DNA from: Eledone cirrhosa
Lineage: Eukaryota
Assembly (NCBI GenBank): GCA_964016885.1
Contig: OZ024742.1
Span: forward strand, 303,180,001-303,244,000
DNA: 64,000 nucleotides
Reading direction: 5' to 3'
Of this stretch, positions 1-14,836 are shown in pieces. The first letter of the stretch is position 1, and every line of letters begins with the position of its first letter. The notes beneath the pieces are model-generated. The model saw nothing but the letters and a program-made list of their open reading frames with translations, made no database searches and was not told the DNA's origin. The position numbers were made by a program, and so were the translations under genes.

Positions 1-1584
1 GAAGGGGAGGGGGAAAGCTTTTTAGTAGGACGCGGTTTATGGGTTTGACAGAGGGTGGTCCTACGTCCTCCTTAAAATCCTTTTTTAGTTTTTGGTGGAG
101 GTTCATTGGGATCTTTATTAATTTTAAATGTGGGTAGTTTTCTGAAGAAACAAAGTTTACACCTTCGGTTTGTACCGAAGGATTATTGTATATGAGTTCA
201 TTTAATTTTTTATTGTTTCTGTTGATATAAGTATAGTGTAATGTCTTTTTTTCGGATGGTGTGAGTGTTTCGAAGAGGGGAGGGGCAGGTTTGGTTTTGT
301 TTGTTGCTGGAGGGGTGTTTTCTGTTTTGTTGGATTGTGTTGAGATTTGGGTGGGGGTTGTTTGTCCTTGTGTGTTTTGCACATGTTTTCTTTTTTTCCT
401 TTTAATCTGTCTGAAGGACTCCGTTTCTTCCTCCGAATTCGTTGGGTTATCTTCAGTGTTGGAGGGAAGAGGTATGTTTGCTGGTAATGTTTCCGTGTTG
501 GTTTTCTTTGTGGGGGAGATGGATGTCACTATGTTAGACTGTGTTGTGTGTTGTGTCTGCGGTGGTTGTGTTGTTTTATTGAGTGAGAGGTTGGGTGGGC
601 CTGTATTTTGTTTTGGGGTAATGTGTTGTGACTGTTTGTGTGGTGGTGTGGTTTTACTGAGGGACGGGTTGGGTGGGACTGAGTTTTGTTGTTTGTTTAT
701 CTGTTGTGGTGGTGGTGGTGGTGGAGCTGGTGTTGGTAGCAGGGTTTTCTTTTTGTTGAGTTGGGGACAAGCGGCCTTCAGGTGCCCTCTGCCTGCACAG
801 ATATGGCAGGACGGCCTTCTCCCCTCCACACTAATGTTTATATACCCGTGGTCCTCTAATAGGATTCTGTCGGGTATTTGGGCGATGCGTTCAGGCTTCA
901 TTTGCACTACCAGCTCTATACCTGTTCCACTGAACGCATTGCCTGTGGTTTTCCCAATGGAAATCACGTTGTCATTCACTGGATCGATGAAGCCAGCTAT
1001 GAGCCAGCAGTAGTCCACATCTGGCATCATTGCATCCAGCCATATGCGTTGAGTTCTTTTCCCCATATAAGATGGATAAAAGGTGAAATTTTTCGAACGA
1101 ATCGGTGACAAAGCACATTTTTTGCCGCCGATTCGTTCTTCATGATAATTGCTAGGCTTCCATACAGTCTGTCTTTTCTTATGAAAGTGGTTTCATTAAG
1201 TACTTCTGTGAGTACTGTTTTGATATCTGCTTGAGAAGGCTGTTCAGGTTTTTTTGTACTGTTGTTGATGGTCCGAAACTTGACCGTTCGGCTTTCAATG
1301 TCTTTCGTGAATTCTTGAGGCATTTTTACCGATAAAATACCATTCTCTCCTTCACTTATGTATTGTTTGGCGTCTGTGATTCGTCGTGCCACATCTGAAA
1401 TATTTTCCGGTATATAAGTCAAAGATTTCTTTGTTTTCTGTGCAAATGAAATCTTGTCGTCTGCTTTGCTTTCTGTTATGGTGTTATTTTCAAATGTTAT
1501 TTTTGTGTTTGTTGTGTCTTTGTTTGTGTTATTAGTATTGTCATGCAATTTTTCAAATTTTTTTTTTTCGTTGTTGGAATCCAT
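1..1584 (-). CDS. LINE ORF1 (gag-like nucleic-acid-binding protein, one CCHC zinc knuckle), one -1 frameshift near 1090, 3' end outside window
   Basis: ORF 1027-1584 (MDSNNEKK...HRFVRK) continues after adding one A in the A5 run near 1090 as NFTFYPSYMGKRTQRIW...INISVEGRRPSCHICAGRGHLKAACPQ. A Pro/Thr/Gln-rich region follows, and the frame stays open to base 1. The true start may lie further upstream. Confidence 0.8.
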
Positions 1585-1958
1585 GTCCAGATTTGTGTTT
1601 TCGTCATTTTTTTTTTCCGCAGATTTGTCTGTTTTTATTTTAATTTTTCCTTCCTTCTCTATGACGTTAGTTGGGAAGGAAGGGGGGGGGGACTAAAACG
1701 TGCGAGCTTACAACTCTTACCGCTGTCCCCCCACCACTATTTTCGTTCGCTGCGTTTAACATTTCTGTTAGACGATTGAAATTTTTTTGCCACAAAATTT
1801 TTAAAACAGGTTTTTCACCTCTAGGAGGGGTAAAGATGAGCTGACCCACCGCCTGACAGTTCAGACGGGTGGCCAAGCTACACAATTGTATCAAAATTAA
1901 AATTGAACTCACAAAATTTCCGCAATAAATTTGAACAAAACTTCTGCGCGAAGTGAAT
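1..1958 (-). mobile_element. 5' part of a non-LTR retrotransposon (LINE): 5'UTR plus ORF1; continues beyond the window start
   Basis: The minus strand begins ATTCACTTCGCGCAG (initiator-like LINE 5' end near 1957) and leads into a gag-like ORF1 with a CX2CX4HX4C knuckle. Confidence 0.8.
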
Positions 1959-1989
1959 TACATCCACACTGTAGAACAGACGACAGCTA

Positions 1990-2137
1990 GATTGATATAG
2001 ATAAATAGATAGATAGAAAGAAAAATAGGTATATAGAGAGACATATAAATATAGAGAAAGAAAAATAGATATATTTCATAGATAACTAGACAGATAGATA
2101 GATAGAAAGATAGATAGATAGATAGATATATAGATAT

Positions 2138-2200
<63 letters not shown>

Positions 2201-2228
2201 TATAGATAGATAGATAGATAGATAGATC
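1990..2228. repeat. (GATA)n microsatellite
   Basis: Direct inspection. Confidence 0.95.
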
Positions 2229-2779
2229 AGTTTGTTGAAGAACAGTTGCATAAAATCTAGATACATTTCAGCCACATGCTGTATGAATTTGGAAAAGCAA
2301 TTATTTCGTTTTAATATCTGCAATGGAAACCCACACGAGTAATAATCACAGGAAACTAATAATATATCAATTAGAATACATGCCTTGATTATTCTGCATT
2401 CTTATGGTTATTAACAGCTTAGCTGATTCCATGAAGATATTCATTATACAACAGCTGATTACATAATGTTGTTAGGATTATAAATTTCACCAATTTCAAG
2501 AGGAAAGCACTTAAAATATTATCTATCTGAGGCGGTTTAATAATTCCGTATGTAAATGGTCCTGAATTATATATTTTACCTTTGTGCTATGAGAAACTGA
2601 TGAAAAAATTAATTAAATGTTGGTGTACACAGTGCTGCGAAGACTGAGACACACTTGCAATTTACATGTGTATGGAGTTCCACTGAAGCAAGTGGAGATG
2701 TTGTTCAAGTATCGCAGGGCCGTGTTCACGAGTGATGGGAGGTAGGGGGCTAAATTAAGTGCAAGAATTGCAGGAGCTA

Positions 2780-3044
<265 letters not shown>

Positions 3045-3112
3045 AAAGGAGTTATGTTTGGAACGCGGCGAGCGAAATTTGTAATTGAAATAGAAACAGA
3101 GGCTTCATCGAA

Positions 3113-3300
3113 TAATTGTTTCTACGTTTGGCACAAGGCCATCAATTACCCAGTGCATTACTGGTACTTTATTTTATCGACCCCGTAACGATGAAAGGCA
3201 AAGTTAACCGCGGCGGGATTTGAACTTAGAATGGCAAGGGCCGTAACTCTATACGTCAAAGCATGGCGTCCGACCCTCTACCGATACTGCCAATCCAACC
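3113..3300 (-). mobile_element. tRNA-derived SINE, family 1 (central GCCTTTCATCC...GGGTCGATAAA domain, Meta/MESC-like)
   Basis: The reverse complement has A-box TGGCAGTATCGG and B-box GTTCAAATCC; at least 8 recognisable copies in the window. Confidence 0.85.
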
Positions 3301-3710
3301 GAATAATGTACCTTCGAAAGGTCTATGAAGAAACGTTACTCGATAGAGTGCATAACTCTGAATTCAGTGTGACGCTCTAGGTAGAACTGATAGTTCTCTG
3401 AATTGAGAGATCAGAGCTCCAATATTATGGGCATGCCGTTAGAATGTAACAGGAAAGAATTGCTAGCAAAACCAACCCGCAGAAAACGTAGGAGTAAGAA
3501 GCCCCGTGCAACATGGCTGGTTAACATCCAAGAGCTCGGCTGGTTTCGCTTGGGTATCTTGCCGGATCAGTTGGAGACGGTTGCTTCTGACAGGAGTCGC
3601 GGGATAGCGTACTTGACGACTCTGCCCGCACAACGCTCCTAGGAATATGTGGAAGAAGAAGAAGAAGAAGAAGAAGAAGAAGAAGAAGAAGAAGAAGAAG
3701 AAGAAGAAGA
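3300..3710 (+). mobile_element. RTE-type LINE 3' end with (GAA)n tail
   Basis: Degenerate LQYYGHAVR and KRRSKKPRATW...VASDR, typical of the RTE C-terminus, immediately followed by (GAA)n at 3651-3710. Confidence 0.65.
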
Positions 3711-4104
3711 ATTCCCATGTGATATATTATTCAAAACGTGTCCTATACATATGTATAACTTATAGTACTACGTACATATTTGACTGCCCTTTACTGTTGA
3801 CTTATTCCTGTATATGTAAATGTGTATATATACATACTCATATAACAATTAGCAATTACCTTCTTAATTATCGAGTTCGTTTAAATTCATTTTTTAAATG
3901 AGTATTTTTCCTCTTTGTAAACAAAAGCTTTTACCGCACACAGAAACACATATATTCACACACACAAGCATACGCACGCACACATACACACACACGCATA
4001 TATATATAAGGAACGATCGACTTTCGTCAAATCGGCCCGAGGACACAGTATTTCCGTTGGTCTTTCCAACTGCTAATACTATCTATCGGTCGCAACTCCA
4101 GGTA

Positions 4105-4220
4105 GAAGGAACAACGTGAAATAAAATGTCTTGCTCAAGAACATAACGCATCGCCAGGTCAAGGAATCGAACTCACAACCTTACGATTGCGAATCCTAAC
4201 CACTCAGCCACACGCCTTCA
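4105..4220 (-). mobile_element. tRNA/CORE-type SINE 5' part
   Basis: Reverse complement GGCGTGTGGCTGAGTGGTTAG...GAGTTCGATTCC...TGTTCTTGAGCAAGACATTT; a homolog lies at 32157-32290. Confidence 0.75.
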
Positions 4221-4242
4221 CAGACACACACACACACACACG

Positions 4243-6072
<1,830 letters not shown>

Positions 6073-6144
6073 TCAATATCAATATATATATATATAAAAT
6101 GTGGAGAGGAGGCACACGAGTTAGGATATATATATATATATATA

Positions 6145-6853
6145 TATGAAAATAGGGAGAAAGAGACGATTATGAGGAAGAAAAATATATTTTTTACCTG
6201 TTCTTTGCATCTCTCTCTCTCTCTTTTTTCTGGGTTAGAAAATGATTAAAACGAAATGTTTTACTTTGTGTGAAGTGTTAAGATATTAGTTGATTTATTT
6301 ATTATTTAACAATGGCATTTATTTATCTATTTATATATTTAATTATTGTCTATTACCGGTTTCTGCATTTATATGCATTATCAAATGATAGTGAAATGTA
6401 TTAGTGTGGTGTCGCACATGTTAAATAGAAGGTGCAGAAAGAATAATGTTATATACAAACAAGGTTTAAGAAGTGAAAAGAAAAAAGAAAAAGGAAAAAA
6501 AAAACGTGCATAATCTGGAACGTAAAAAGTCAATGTGGAAGAAAGGTTAATGTTATTTACAAGCACAAACCATCAGACATTTACAAGAGTTACCTCCCCC
6601 ACACCCTACCTAATCCTTTTTCTTAAATAAATTAAATATCACCCAGCAAGAATTGTTTCCCCCTGCATATTAACTCTCTAAAAAGGGAAATCATATCAAA
6701 CCACAGTCCACCATTTGCCTCCTTCTCAGAACCATGGTTCAACTAAACACTCTTGCGATATTAACACATTTTGAACTGCTTAACTTCAATGACTGTGCTT
6801 GTAAATAATATATTTTTCTTCCTCATAATCGTCTCTTTCTCCCTGTTTTCATA
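6145..6853. mobile_element. (TA)n-flanked non-coding element with about 48-bp terminal inverted repeats
   Basis: TATGAAAATAGGGAGAAAGAGACGATTATGAGGAAGAAAAATATATT (6145-6191) is mirrored at about 6807-6853 with one mismatch; both ends abut (TA)n. Confidence 0.75.
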
Positions 6854-6872
6854 TATATATATATATATATAT

Positions 6873-7488
6873 AAACTTTTTCATTATTTACTAAACCTTG
6901 TTTATATTTGTTCTGGCTCGTTAATTTATTAACCCGCCATTGAACCACATTGGCACTTGGTTGGACAATACATGCGTACCTTGGCGCCTTGTGCGTGAAG
7001 GGACGTATTTCATATTACTACTATCTCCACTAACGTTGAGAACAAACCGGGTCATTCCGACTGCTGCTAGCAATAGCGGTGGCTAGTTTGACCTACCTCC
7101 TTTTGCCTCTATCTTTGCTACGGCCCTTGATAAACCTGTTCTACATCATCCACTCTCATCCCAGGAACAGTTTTTGATAGCGCTAGTTTGTGATTTAAAT
7201 TCAGGAATTTTATATTCTTTGAATGAAAAGAACCTTCTGACGAGAATCTTTCTTTGCAACGAAGACCGTATGGTCTCCGTTTTATTTTTGGGATTCGAAA
7301 CCGATCGGTATAGGTAACTATAGTAGGTAAAGTCAATTTTTTAAAATTTATTTTGAAACTTTTTCATTATTTACTAAACCTTGTTTATATTTGTTCTGGC
7401 TCGTTAATTTATTAACCCGCCATTGAACCACATTGGCACTTGGTTGGACAATACATGCGTACCTTGGCGCCTTGTGCGTGAAGGGACG

Positions 7489-7498
<10 letters not shown>
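6873..7498 (+). mobile_element. Non-autonomous PLE/retrozyme-like insertion: 483-bp unit with 143-bp terminal direct repeat and internal hammerhead
   Basis: 6873-7015 is identical to 7356-7498; (TA)n on both sides; HHR at 7232-7315. Confidence 0.85.
7232..7315 (+). ncRNA. Type-I hammerhead ribozyme motif (extended stem II, palindromic stem III)
   Basis: ACCTT-CTGACGA-GAATCTT...GGGATTC-GAAA-CCGATCGG-TA|TAGGT. Predicted cut after GUA (7310). U.U mismatch at the base of stem I. Confidence 0.75.
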
Positions 7499-7547
<49 letters not shown>

Positions 7548-7704
7548 CATATATACATATATATATATACACACATATATATATATGTACATATATGTAT
7601 ATATATATATGTATATGTATGTATATATATATATATATATGTATGTATATATATATATTTATATATATATATACATATGTATATATATATATACATATAT
7701 ATAT

Positions 7705-7735
<31 letters not shown>

Positions 7736-7758
7736 CATACATACATACCTACATATAC

Positions 7759-7892
<134 letters not shown>

Positions 7893-8912
7893 TATTTATA
7901 TATATCATCACATTTACTAATAACATCATTATTTTCAGCATTGCCGTTGTGATAGCTATGACCATCATCGTAATTATTGGTATCGATTGCATTGTCAACG
8001 TCATCATCAAACACTATGCTGCTTCATCAAAATAATGAATCCATATCTACTATAATCAGTTTCTCTGTCCTAATTATTATCTCAACATTCCCATATGATT
8101 TGCTACAAAACCATCAATACGATTTTAATTTATCGAAGTTTGCCGGTATAAAATATTAAACGTAGCTCATGTACACACAGCGGAATAGAATTACTTGTAT
8201 GGTTTCTAGCAAGAACACAAATTAATCATAGAACTTTAACACAAAGCAAGATATTAAATACAAATACCATCTGATGATATTAGAGCTCTATAACGTTGAC
8301 ATATCACACCTGATAATCTTTGCAATTGTATCCAGGGTCGATTATTCATTTCCCGCGGTTGATTCAATGGAAGCTATAATGGAAGTTACACAGAATGCAT
8401 TGGGATGTCGACAGGTTTAGTAGATTGCTTAACGAACTTGCTTATCTTAAAAGGATATAAATATTTATATGATATAATTAAGTTTTCCCTTGATTGTAAC
8501 CACGTTTAAGACCACTTCATTACACTAGGGAGCATTTAGCGGAGTTTGCTCTGTTGAATTTATTCAATCCAGGTCTCTCGCTTAAGTATACTCCCCCCAT
8601 TAGCCAATCAGTCACGCAAGCCCTAAGAGAGGTCATACGCACATCCATTTGATTTCACGTTAAAGAAAACACGATATGTTATACTTTTAGTTCTTTATTT
8701 TTTCATACTTAACACGATAAAGCCTCTTTCGATCGACAATTTCAATGCGTTATTTCACTTAACTTAAATTTCCTGCATTACCTCATTCCATTCGATAGAT
8801 CATCATCTACGCTACTATTAATCTGTCGTTCACTCGATGTGGCTTGGTAATTTCCCAAGTCATTTGTTGCTAGGCCAGTCACTGATCATTCACGAACACA
8901 AAAATTTATATG

Positions 8913-8948
<36 letters not shown>

Positions 8949-8953
8949 AAAGC

Positions 8954-9039
<86 letters not shown>

Positions 9040-9600
9040 GCTTTCTACAAGACTAGAACTGTTTCATTCCTGATGATTTCATACAAATGAAACAGTTTTA
9101 GTCCTATAGACGTCATTTCTATATAAAACATCCCTCTTATCTTCTTACGTATTGGGTACCATTTTTAACTGTGGCTTCTTTTCGATTTCCTTCGTAAAAC
9201 CATCCTTAATTATATATGTACATATACATATTGTAAACTTTATAAAGTCTAGTTGCTAGGATAAGATCTATGTTTTGATGAATTATCACGGTATGCGTAA
9301 ATATCAGATGCACTTTTTCACAGAATTAACATTAAATAATTTCACATACTCGATCAGAATGGCCCACTTACTTAATGATTATATTTAACAGCGACCATAG
9401 GTCTGCTTGTAAGGTGTTTGCTCTTAGTCACATGGCTTTGAGTTCATGTCAAATACGTGTTAGCTTGGGTCATAGGATTCTACTGTAACATCGTTTTGAC
9501 ACAGAACCTGTGAGTGAAATATCGTTGGCAGAAGCAGTTGCACCTGTAATATATACAAACACACACATATACACACGCCTGCACATATACATATATGTAT

Positions 9601-9631
<31 letters not shown>

Positions 9632-9912
9632 CAGGGTGGGCCAGAATTCATGACTCGCTTGTTAGTTATATTTCTTAACATGCTTATTTTATTGTTATTG
9701 TATTGTTTTAATTTATTATTTTATTTCTTAATATGCCTCACAGGTTTTTTATTTATTTTTTCTAAATTTGATTAACCATGACACATTCTTTGCTAAGCAC
9801 CTTCATGATCTTATGCCTGTATATGGTATTATATTCCTTAACTTGTTTTATAACGTTTTGTGTTAATAGATCTATAAGTAATCAAGTGAGTCAAGAATTC
9901 TGGCCCACTCTG
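9632..9912. mobile_element. Tc1/mariner-type MITE
   Basis: About 30-bp TIRs CAGGGTGGGCCAGAATTCATGACTCGCTTG / CAAGTGAGTCAAGAATTCTGGCCCACTCTG with TA on both sides. Confidence 0.85.
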
Positions 9913-10252
9913 TATATTTTTATTTATCTATTTTGTTCATACACGGTACAAAAGCGCTACCGAAGGTTTCAAGGCCCAATATTGACCATGCCTTCAGAAT
10001 GTAAGAGGGATCAAAATTGTGACCTAATCTTCAGGCTCCTATAAGACTTTATAAAATGGGTGGCAACCCGGAAATTGCTGGAAAGAAAGAGAACATTTTC
10101 ACAATTTCTGTTTTTTAATTTCCTCATCCTCTAAAGTTAGCTGTGGTATCTAACGCATACAGCATACCCTATACATTATTTCTACCCTTAAAACCTTACT
10201 CTATTCCTAATATCGATATTCTGCGGAGGAAATGTGGTCTCTTCATCTACAT

Positions 10253-10567
10253 CGGAGGTTCTCAAACTTTTGCTCTCCCCTCACGGCCACGTAATACCCT
10301 CAACGCCCCAAATCCTATTTCCAGACAAACTTGCCTACACACAAATTGTAAATAAAATATAATAAATAAAATCGTTAATTTATATATAATAAATAATATA
10401 ACATATACTATGTATAAATAAATATTATATTTTTTTTATTTTACTTTATTTATATACCATATGTATCATTTGATATTTAATATCATCTCTACCCTTAGGT
10501 CCAAGTGCCCCTCAGGACCTTCTCAACGGCCCCCAGAAGCCAATAGTACCTACTTTGAGAACCTCGG
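10253..10567. mobile_element. hAT (Charlie-like) MITE
   Basis: TIRs CGGAGGTTCTCAAA / TTTGAGAACCTCGG; imperfect 8-bp TSD ATCTACAT / ATCTACTC. Confidence 0.75.
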
Positions 10568-11180
10568 ATCTACTCGGACTAAGTTCAGAAAACTGATATG
10601 AAATATATATCATTTAATGGAGGGGGGGGGGGGGCGGTCGACATAAAAGCACTTATTGTTATTTTGTTTTATTTATAAATGAATGGAACATTGGCAATAC
10701 ATACATAGGAATTTTGTGAAAATGTACGTGAAATAGATTTCATGTACATTTTATTGTGTTGTTGAATGTTTGCGTGGATTTTAGTTTTGTGTGCATTTAT
10801 GTTGTATTCTATGTTGTTATTTCGTTTTGCATTAGTAGCTGGAAATGCCGTTTCGTTTTATTGCATAGAGCAAATATATACTCAGACAGAGAGACATATT
10901 AGTGTTTAGATAGGTATGCAGAGAAACGGTTTAATAGGTATATGGTTATAGAGACAGACAGATATACGACAGAGATGATATATAGATTAAAGATTATATC
11001 GAGAGGTAAACATACGTAGAAGGAGAAAGATAAAGACATAGGAGGATAAACAGATTTCTGAAAGTAATCTTGTTTCTGCACATATGCTGTTTACCCGGAG
11101 TTGTAATCGACTTCATATCATATTGGTAAACATTGCATATGATTTGTGAAAGCCAATACAGATTTACTTCTATATATATA

Positions 11181-12313
11181 TAGGCCTGCTCAGTTCTTTG
11201 AGGGGATGTCGTTTAATAGCTGTAACTTTTTCCTAACTTGTTCTGGATATCATTTCTTTTCGGATAAATGATAGCAGACATCAAACTAATTCAGCAAATG
11301 AAAAGGCACTCTGTAATTGTTACCTTAACGGTAGAGCATGGTGATTTAGAGACCACTAACCTCCGGAAAATGACACGGTCATTTGTTGTAAAACTTTGCA
11401 GAGCTGGAGGTTGCTGGTTGAAATTCTACAGCACTAACCAAGCTTAAAACGCCTGCTAACGGGCCAAATGGCATTAGAAGATGTACAGATGACGCAACAC
11501 TATTTCGATAAGAACCCTAGAAAATTCATTAACGTAATTGCTAGAGAACTCAATGTTTCAAGGCATGGAGAACCCAAGGTATTGGAAAAAGTTAGCATGA
11601 GATGCAATGTCATATATGATGCGGAGAGGCCAATTCATATCTGCAAACACAAACGATAATCACCTGACCCGTGCAAAGTGCTTGTTGAGCAAGTTAAAAC
11701 ATCAAACATGTTTTGTTTTTTTCTCCGTTGAGAAAAACATCGATAAAGACCTAAAGGTCAACCGAAGGAATAGCAGATGGTTATGCAAGCAGAGTTTCCG
11801 GTAACTGTGAGGATTCTGGGATTCATGATCAATGAGGGAGCTGTCATGCTTCTTCACTTCATTCCTCAGTGCTTAATGGTCAATGTTGCTGTCAATACGA
11901 TGTTGGACAGGGTTGTGAGGCCTTGGATGGAGCGTTGGTAGCACAAGCAGACCGTAATATCTTCCAACAAAAATCCGAGCCGTCTCATAGGGTCAAAACG
12001 ACACAAGAATAGATAAGGTCTCCTCGCTCTCCAGATCCGAATACGTATGTGGTGAAGTTGAGAAGGAAGTCAATCAATGCTCCCGTAACACTATAACATC
12101 TCCAAAGTCATCCATAACTAGCACAATGACAAACATAAATGAAGATCATCAGCTTCGGGTATGTCAACGTTTGAAACCTCGTATTGAAGCCGTCAACGAT
12201 GATAACTGTTGATTTACTGAATAGCTGCATCAAAAAAAGTCTAAAACGTTTACATGGCATTTCTTTTTTCAGATAAATTCATGGAAATATCTTCAACGAA
12301 TTGAGCAAGCCAG
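11181..12313 (+). mobile_element. Decayed Tc1/mariner superfamily transposon (maT/DD37D-like) with transposase pseudogene
   Basis: TIRs TAGGCCTGCTCAGTTCTTTGA / TCAACGAATTGAGCAAGCCAG with TA flanks. Frameshifted fragments NPRK..IARELNVS, RAKCLLSKLKH..FFSVEKN..KVNRRNSRWL, VVRPW, SPDPN and CQRLKPRIEAV. Confidence 0.85.
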
Positions 12314-12322
12314 TATAACGTG

Positions 12323-12371
<49 letters not shown>

Positions 12372-12972
12372 TACATGCGCTAAGCTATTTGACTGCGTGT
12401 TCGTATGTCTGGAAATAAGTTCACATGTCCATTTCAATTCTTGTTGATATTATATATATATATATATATATAGGTATGGTTCTGTATATGTTACAGATAT
12501 GCATAATATTAAATACATGAACGGTAATCATATATGTGAGGACATGAATATTAATCGTATATTTTATATATATATATAGTGAAATTTTTATAACACAAGA
12601 AATTTTTTTATGACACAAGAAATTATAGAGTTGATCAGGTGAAGTCATGTGTATGTCTATATTATTGACTAGAGTTAGACATAATTTTCTCTTTTTTCTT
12701 TTTTCAAAAAGTACATATACGTGTATATATATATATACATATATATTTCCGTATTTTTATAAATAGGGTAATTTTTTGAAGGTTTTATCTCAGATTTTTG
12801 GTATATTGACCTCAGAGTTATAAACTAAACATATGGTCATTATTGAACAATGTTATTTTCTCATATTATATATCTATGTCTCATTCATGAATATTGATAT
12901 TTGCATTCTTATTATCCATTTCATATGAATTGATAATTCAAATTGATATGACTTGACGTAAAGATGTAACTG

Positions 12973-13480
12973 TATCCTTCTCTCTCTATATAGCACCTTC
13001 TCCTCTCTCTTGAGTTTATCTTTATGTATGATGAATTATTATGTATCTGTCGCTTTCGTTTGCCTCTCTTATTTCTCTCTTGTTTCTTTTTCACCTTATA
13101 TTCTCTCTCTTTCTTTTCCTCCCCCTCTCTCTCTCTGTTTTTTCTTTATCTCCGTTTTTTATTTCTCTGCGTCTTTTTTTCTAACTGTGCTTAACACTAT
13201 AACTAAATAATTATTATCCTTCTCTCTCTATATAGTACTCCCTCTCTCTTGAGTTTCTCTATATGTATGGTGAATTATTATTTATCTGTTGCTTTCGTTT
13301 GCCTCTCTTATTTCTCTTATTTCTTTCTTGTTTCTTTTTCACCTCCTCCTATCTATTTATATCTTTTTTTCTCTCTCTCCTTTTTTTCTCTCCCCTCTCT
13401 CTGTTTTTTTCTTTACCTCCGTTTCTTCTTTCTCTCCGTCTTTTTTCTAACTGTGCTTAACACTATAACTAAATAATTAT
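12973..13480 (+). repeat. Diverged tandem duplication (about 242 and 265 bp, pyrimidine-rich) directly upstream of an HHR element
   Basis: Units start TATCCTTCTCTCTCTATATAG (12973, 13215) and end CTAACTGTGCTTAACACTATAACTAAATAATTAT. Confidence 0.85.
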
Positions 13481-13569
13481 AAATACATCAATATCCAGAC
13501 AGCTTCCTAATATAACGGTCGCTTATAATATGGTACGTCAAAATTATTTATAAAACTCTTTATATATTG

Positions 13570-13635
13570 TATTTTATCTGACGAAGGCATGCCATATTTT
13601 TAATATGGTATCCCTGAAATATGTATAATGAAATA
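13570..13635 (+). ncRNA. Type-I hammerhead ribozyme motif, family A (within element of about 13485-13760)
   Basis: TATTTTAT-CTGACGA-AGG.ATGCCATATT/AATATGGTAT.CCT-GAAA-TATGTA-TA|ATGAAATA. Confidence 0.85.
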
Positions 13636-13766
13636 AATATGGTTTTATAAATATAGTTTCCATTTGTTTAATATCGTATATCTACTCCAAACACTTGTCG
13701 AGTGCTTTATATCAGTTATAAAATATTTACTTGTTGTAACCCAACAATTTTAAATAAAACTTTTGC

Positions 13767-13805
<39 letters not shown>

Positions 13806-14647
13806 TACATTTATATATAATCTATATATTCTATCATACGTATAAGATTTATATATACATGAAAATTGAATTGCGTGGGAATCGAACCGACACCTCTTAT
13901 TTTCGGATGAATTATACCAGTAATTTAAAGGTACAGGCATGTTACAAACTGTAGGACGCTAAATCACTCTGAGAATTATGTTATGAGTACAGCTATTTGT
14001 AGAATGCTGAGCCCTTCACATGTTAATTTCTTGTATAGGCTGTTCCATTGATCGAATGATTGGAACACTGATCACAGAAACGACGGAGGTCCCTTCCGTT
14101 CCATATATTTATATATATGTATTATGTATTCATATATTCTGTTATTGGTGTTGCTGCCGTCATTTCGTCGTTGTTAGTATTTTTCTTTTCACATCTTTTA
14201 GCCGAAAGATTGAACATAAAAGCACAATGGAGATGTAAACAACGTTTACTGAGGTGTTAAGCTTGTTTGTTATTCCAAACGGGAAACATGTAACTATAGA
14301 CAGAACGAAATAAAGATAAAATTTCATTTTTTATGACCTGCTGTCTCACAAACCGATACTTTATATTTTTGACGAAGGCACATTTCCGTTATTTTAATTC
14401 GATATTGTAGCGAATTTACTTCATATATGGTTTTATCGGTAAATAGAGAGGGGTGCTATCGTCATTATAATTTTTCCTTTTCTGTATAGCAAACATGATA
14501 TATCAGCAATAAGCTGAGAGCGAGCAGTATCTGCAATCTATTTTCGAATATCTCTCCCTCAGTAAACATATAAGGTGGTTTAGAAATAACCTTATCGTTC
14601 CTCTTTCTCTCTCTCGCTCTGACACACTAACTATATATATCTGTATA

Positions 14648-14836
14648 TAATTGTTTCTACTTTAGGCACAAGGTCAGCAATTACCCAGTGCATTACTGGT
14701 ACTTTATTTTATCGACCCCGTAAGGACGAAAGGCAAAGTCAACCTCGGCGGGATTTGAATTCAGATCGTAAAGGGACGTAACTATGCTGGAAAGCATGGC
14801 GTCCGACCCTCTACTGATACTGCCAATCCACCGCCC
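14648..14836 (-). mobile_element. SINE family 1 copy
   Basis: Near-identical to 57368-57551. Confidence 0.85.

Noticed and set aside
261-1013. 250-aa plus-strand ORF
   Set aside because: Antisense shadow of the LINE ORF1 on the minus strand; V/C/G/F-rich with no domain.
6873-7498. LTR retrotransposon/TRIM interpretation of the 143-bp direct repeats
   Set aside because: No TG...CA ends, primer-binding site or polypurine tract; the internal HHR and TA target fit a PLE/retrozyme better.
9037-9120. CTGATGA...GAAACAG inside a small inverted repeat next to (TA)n
   Set aside because: Probably a decayed PLE HHR, but stem I and stem III cannot be formed, so it is not called as a ribozyme.
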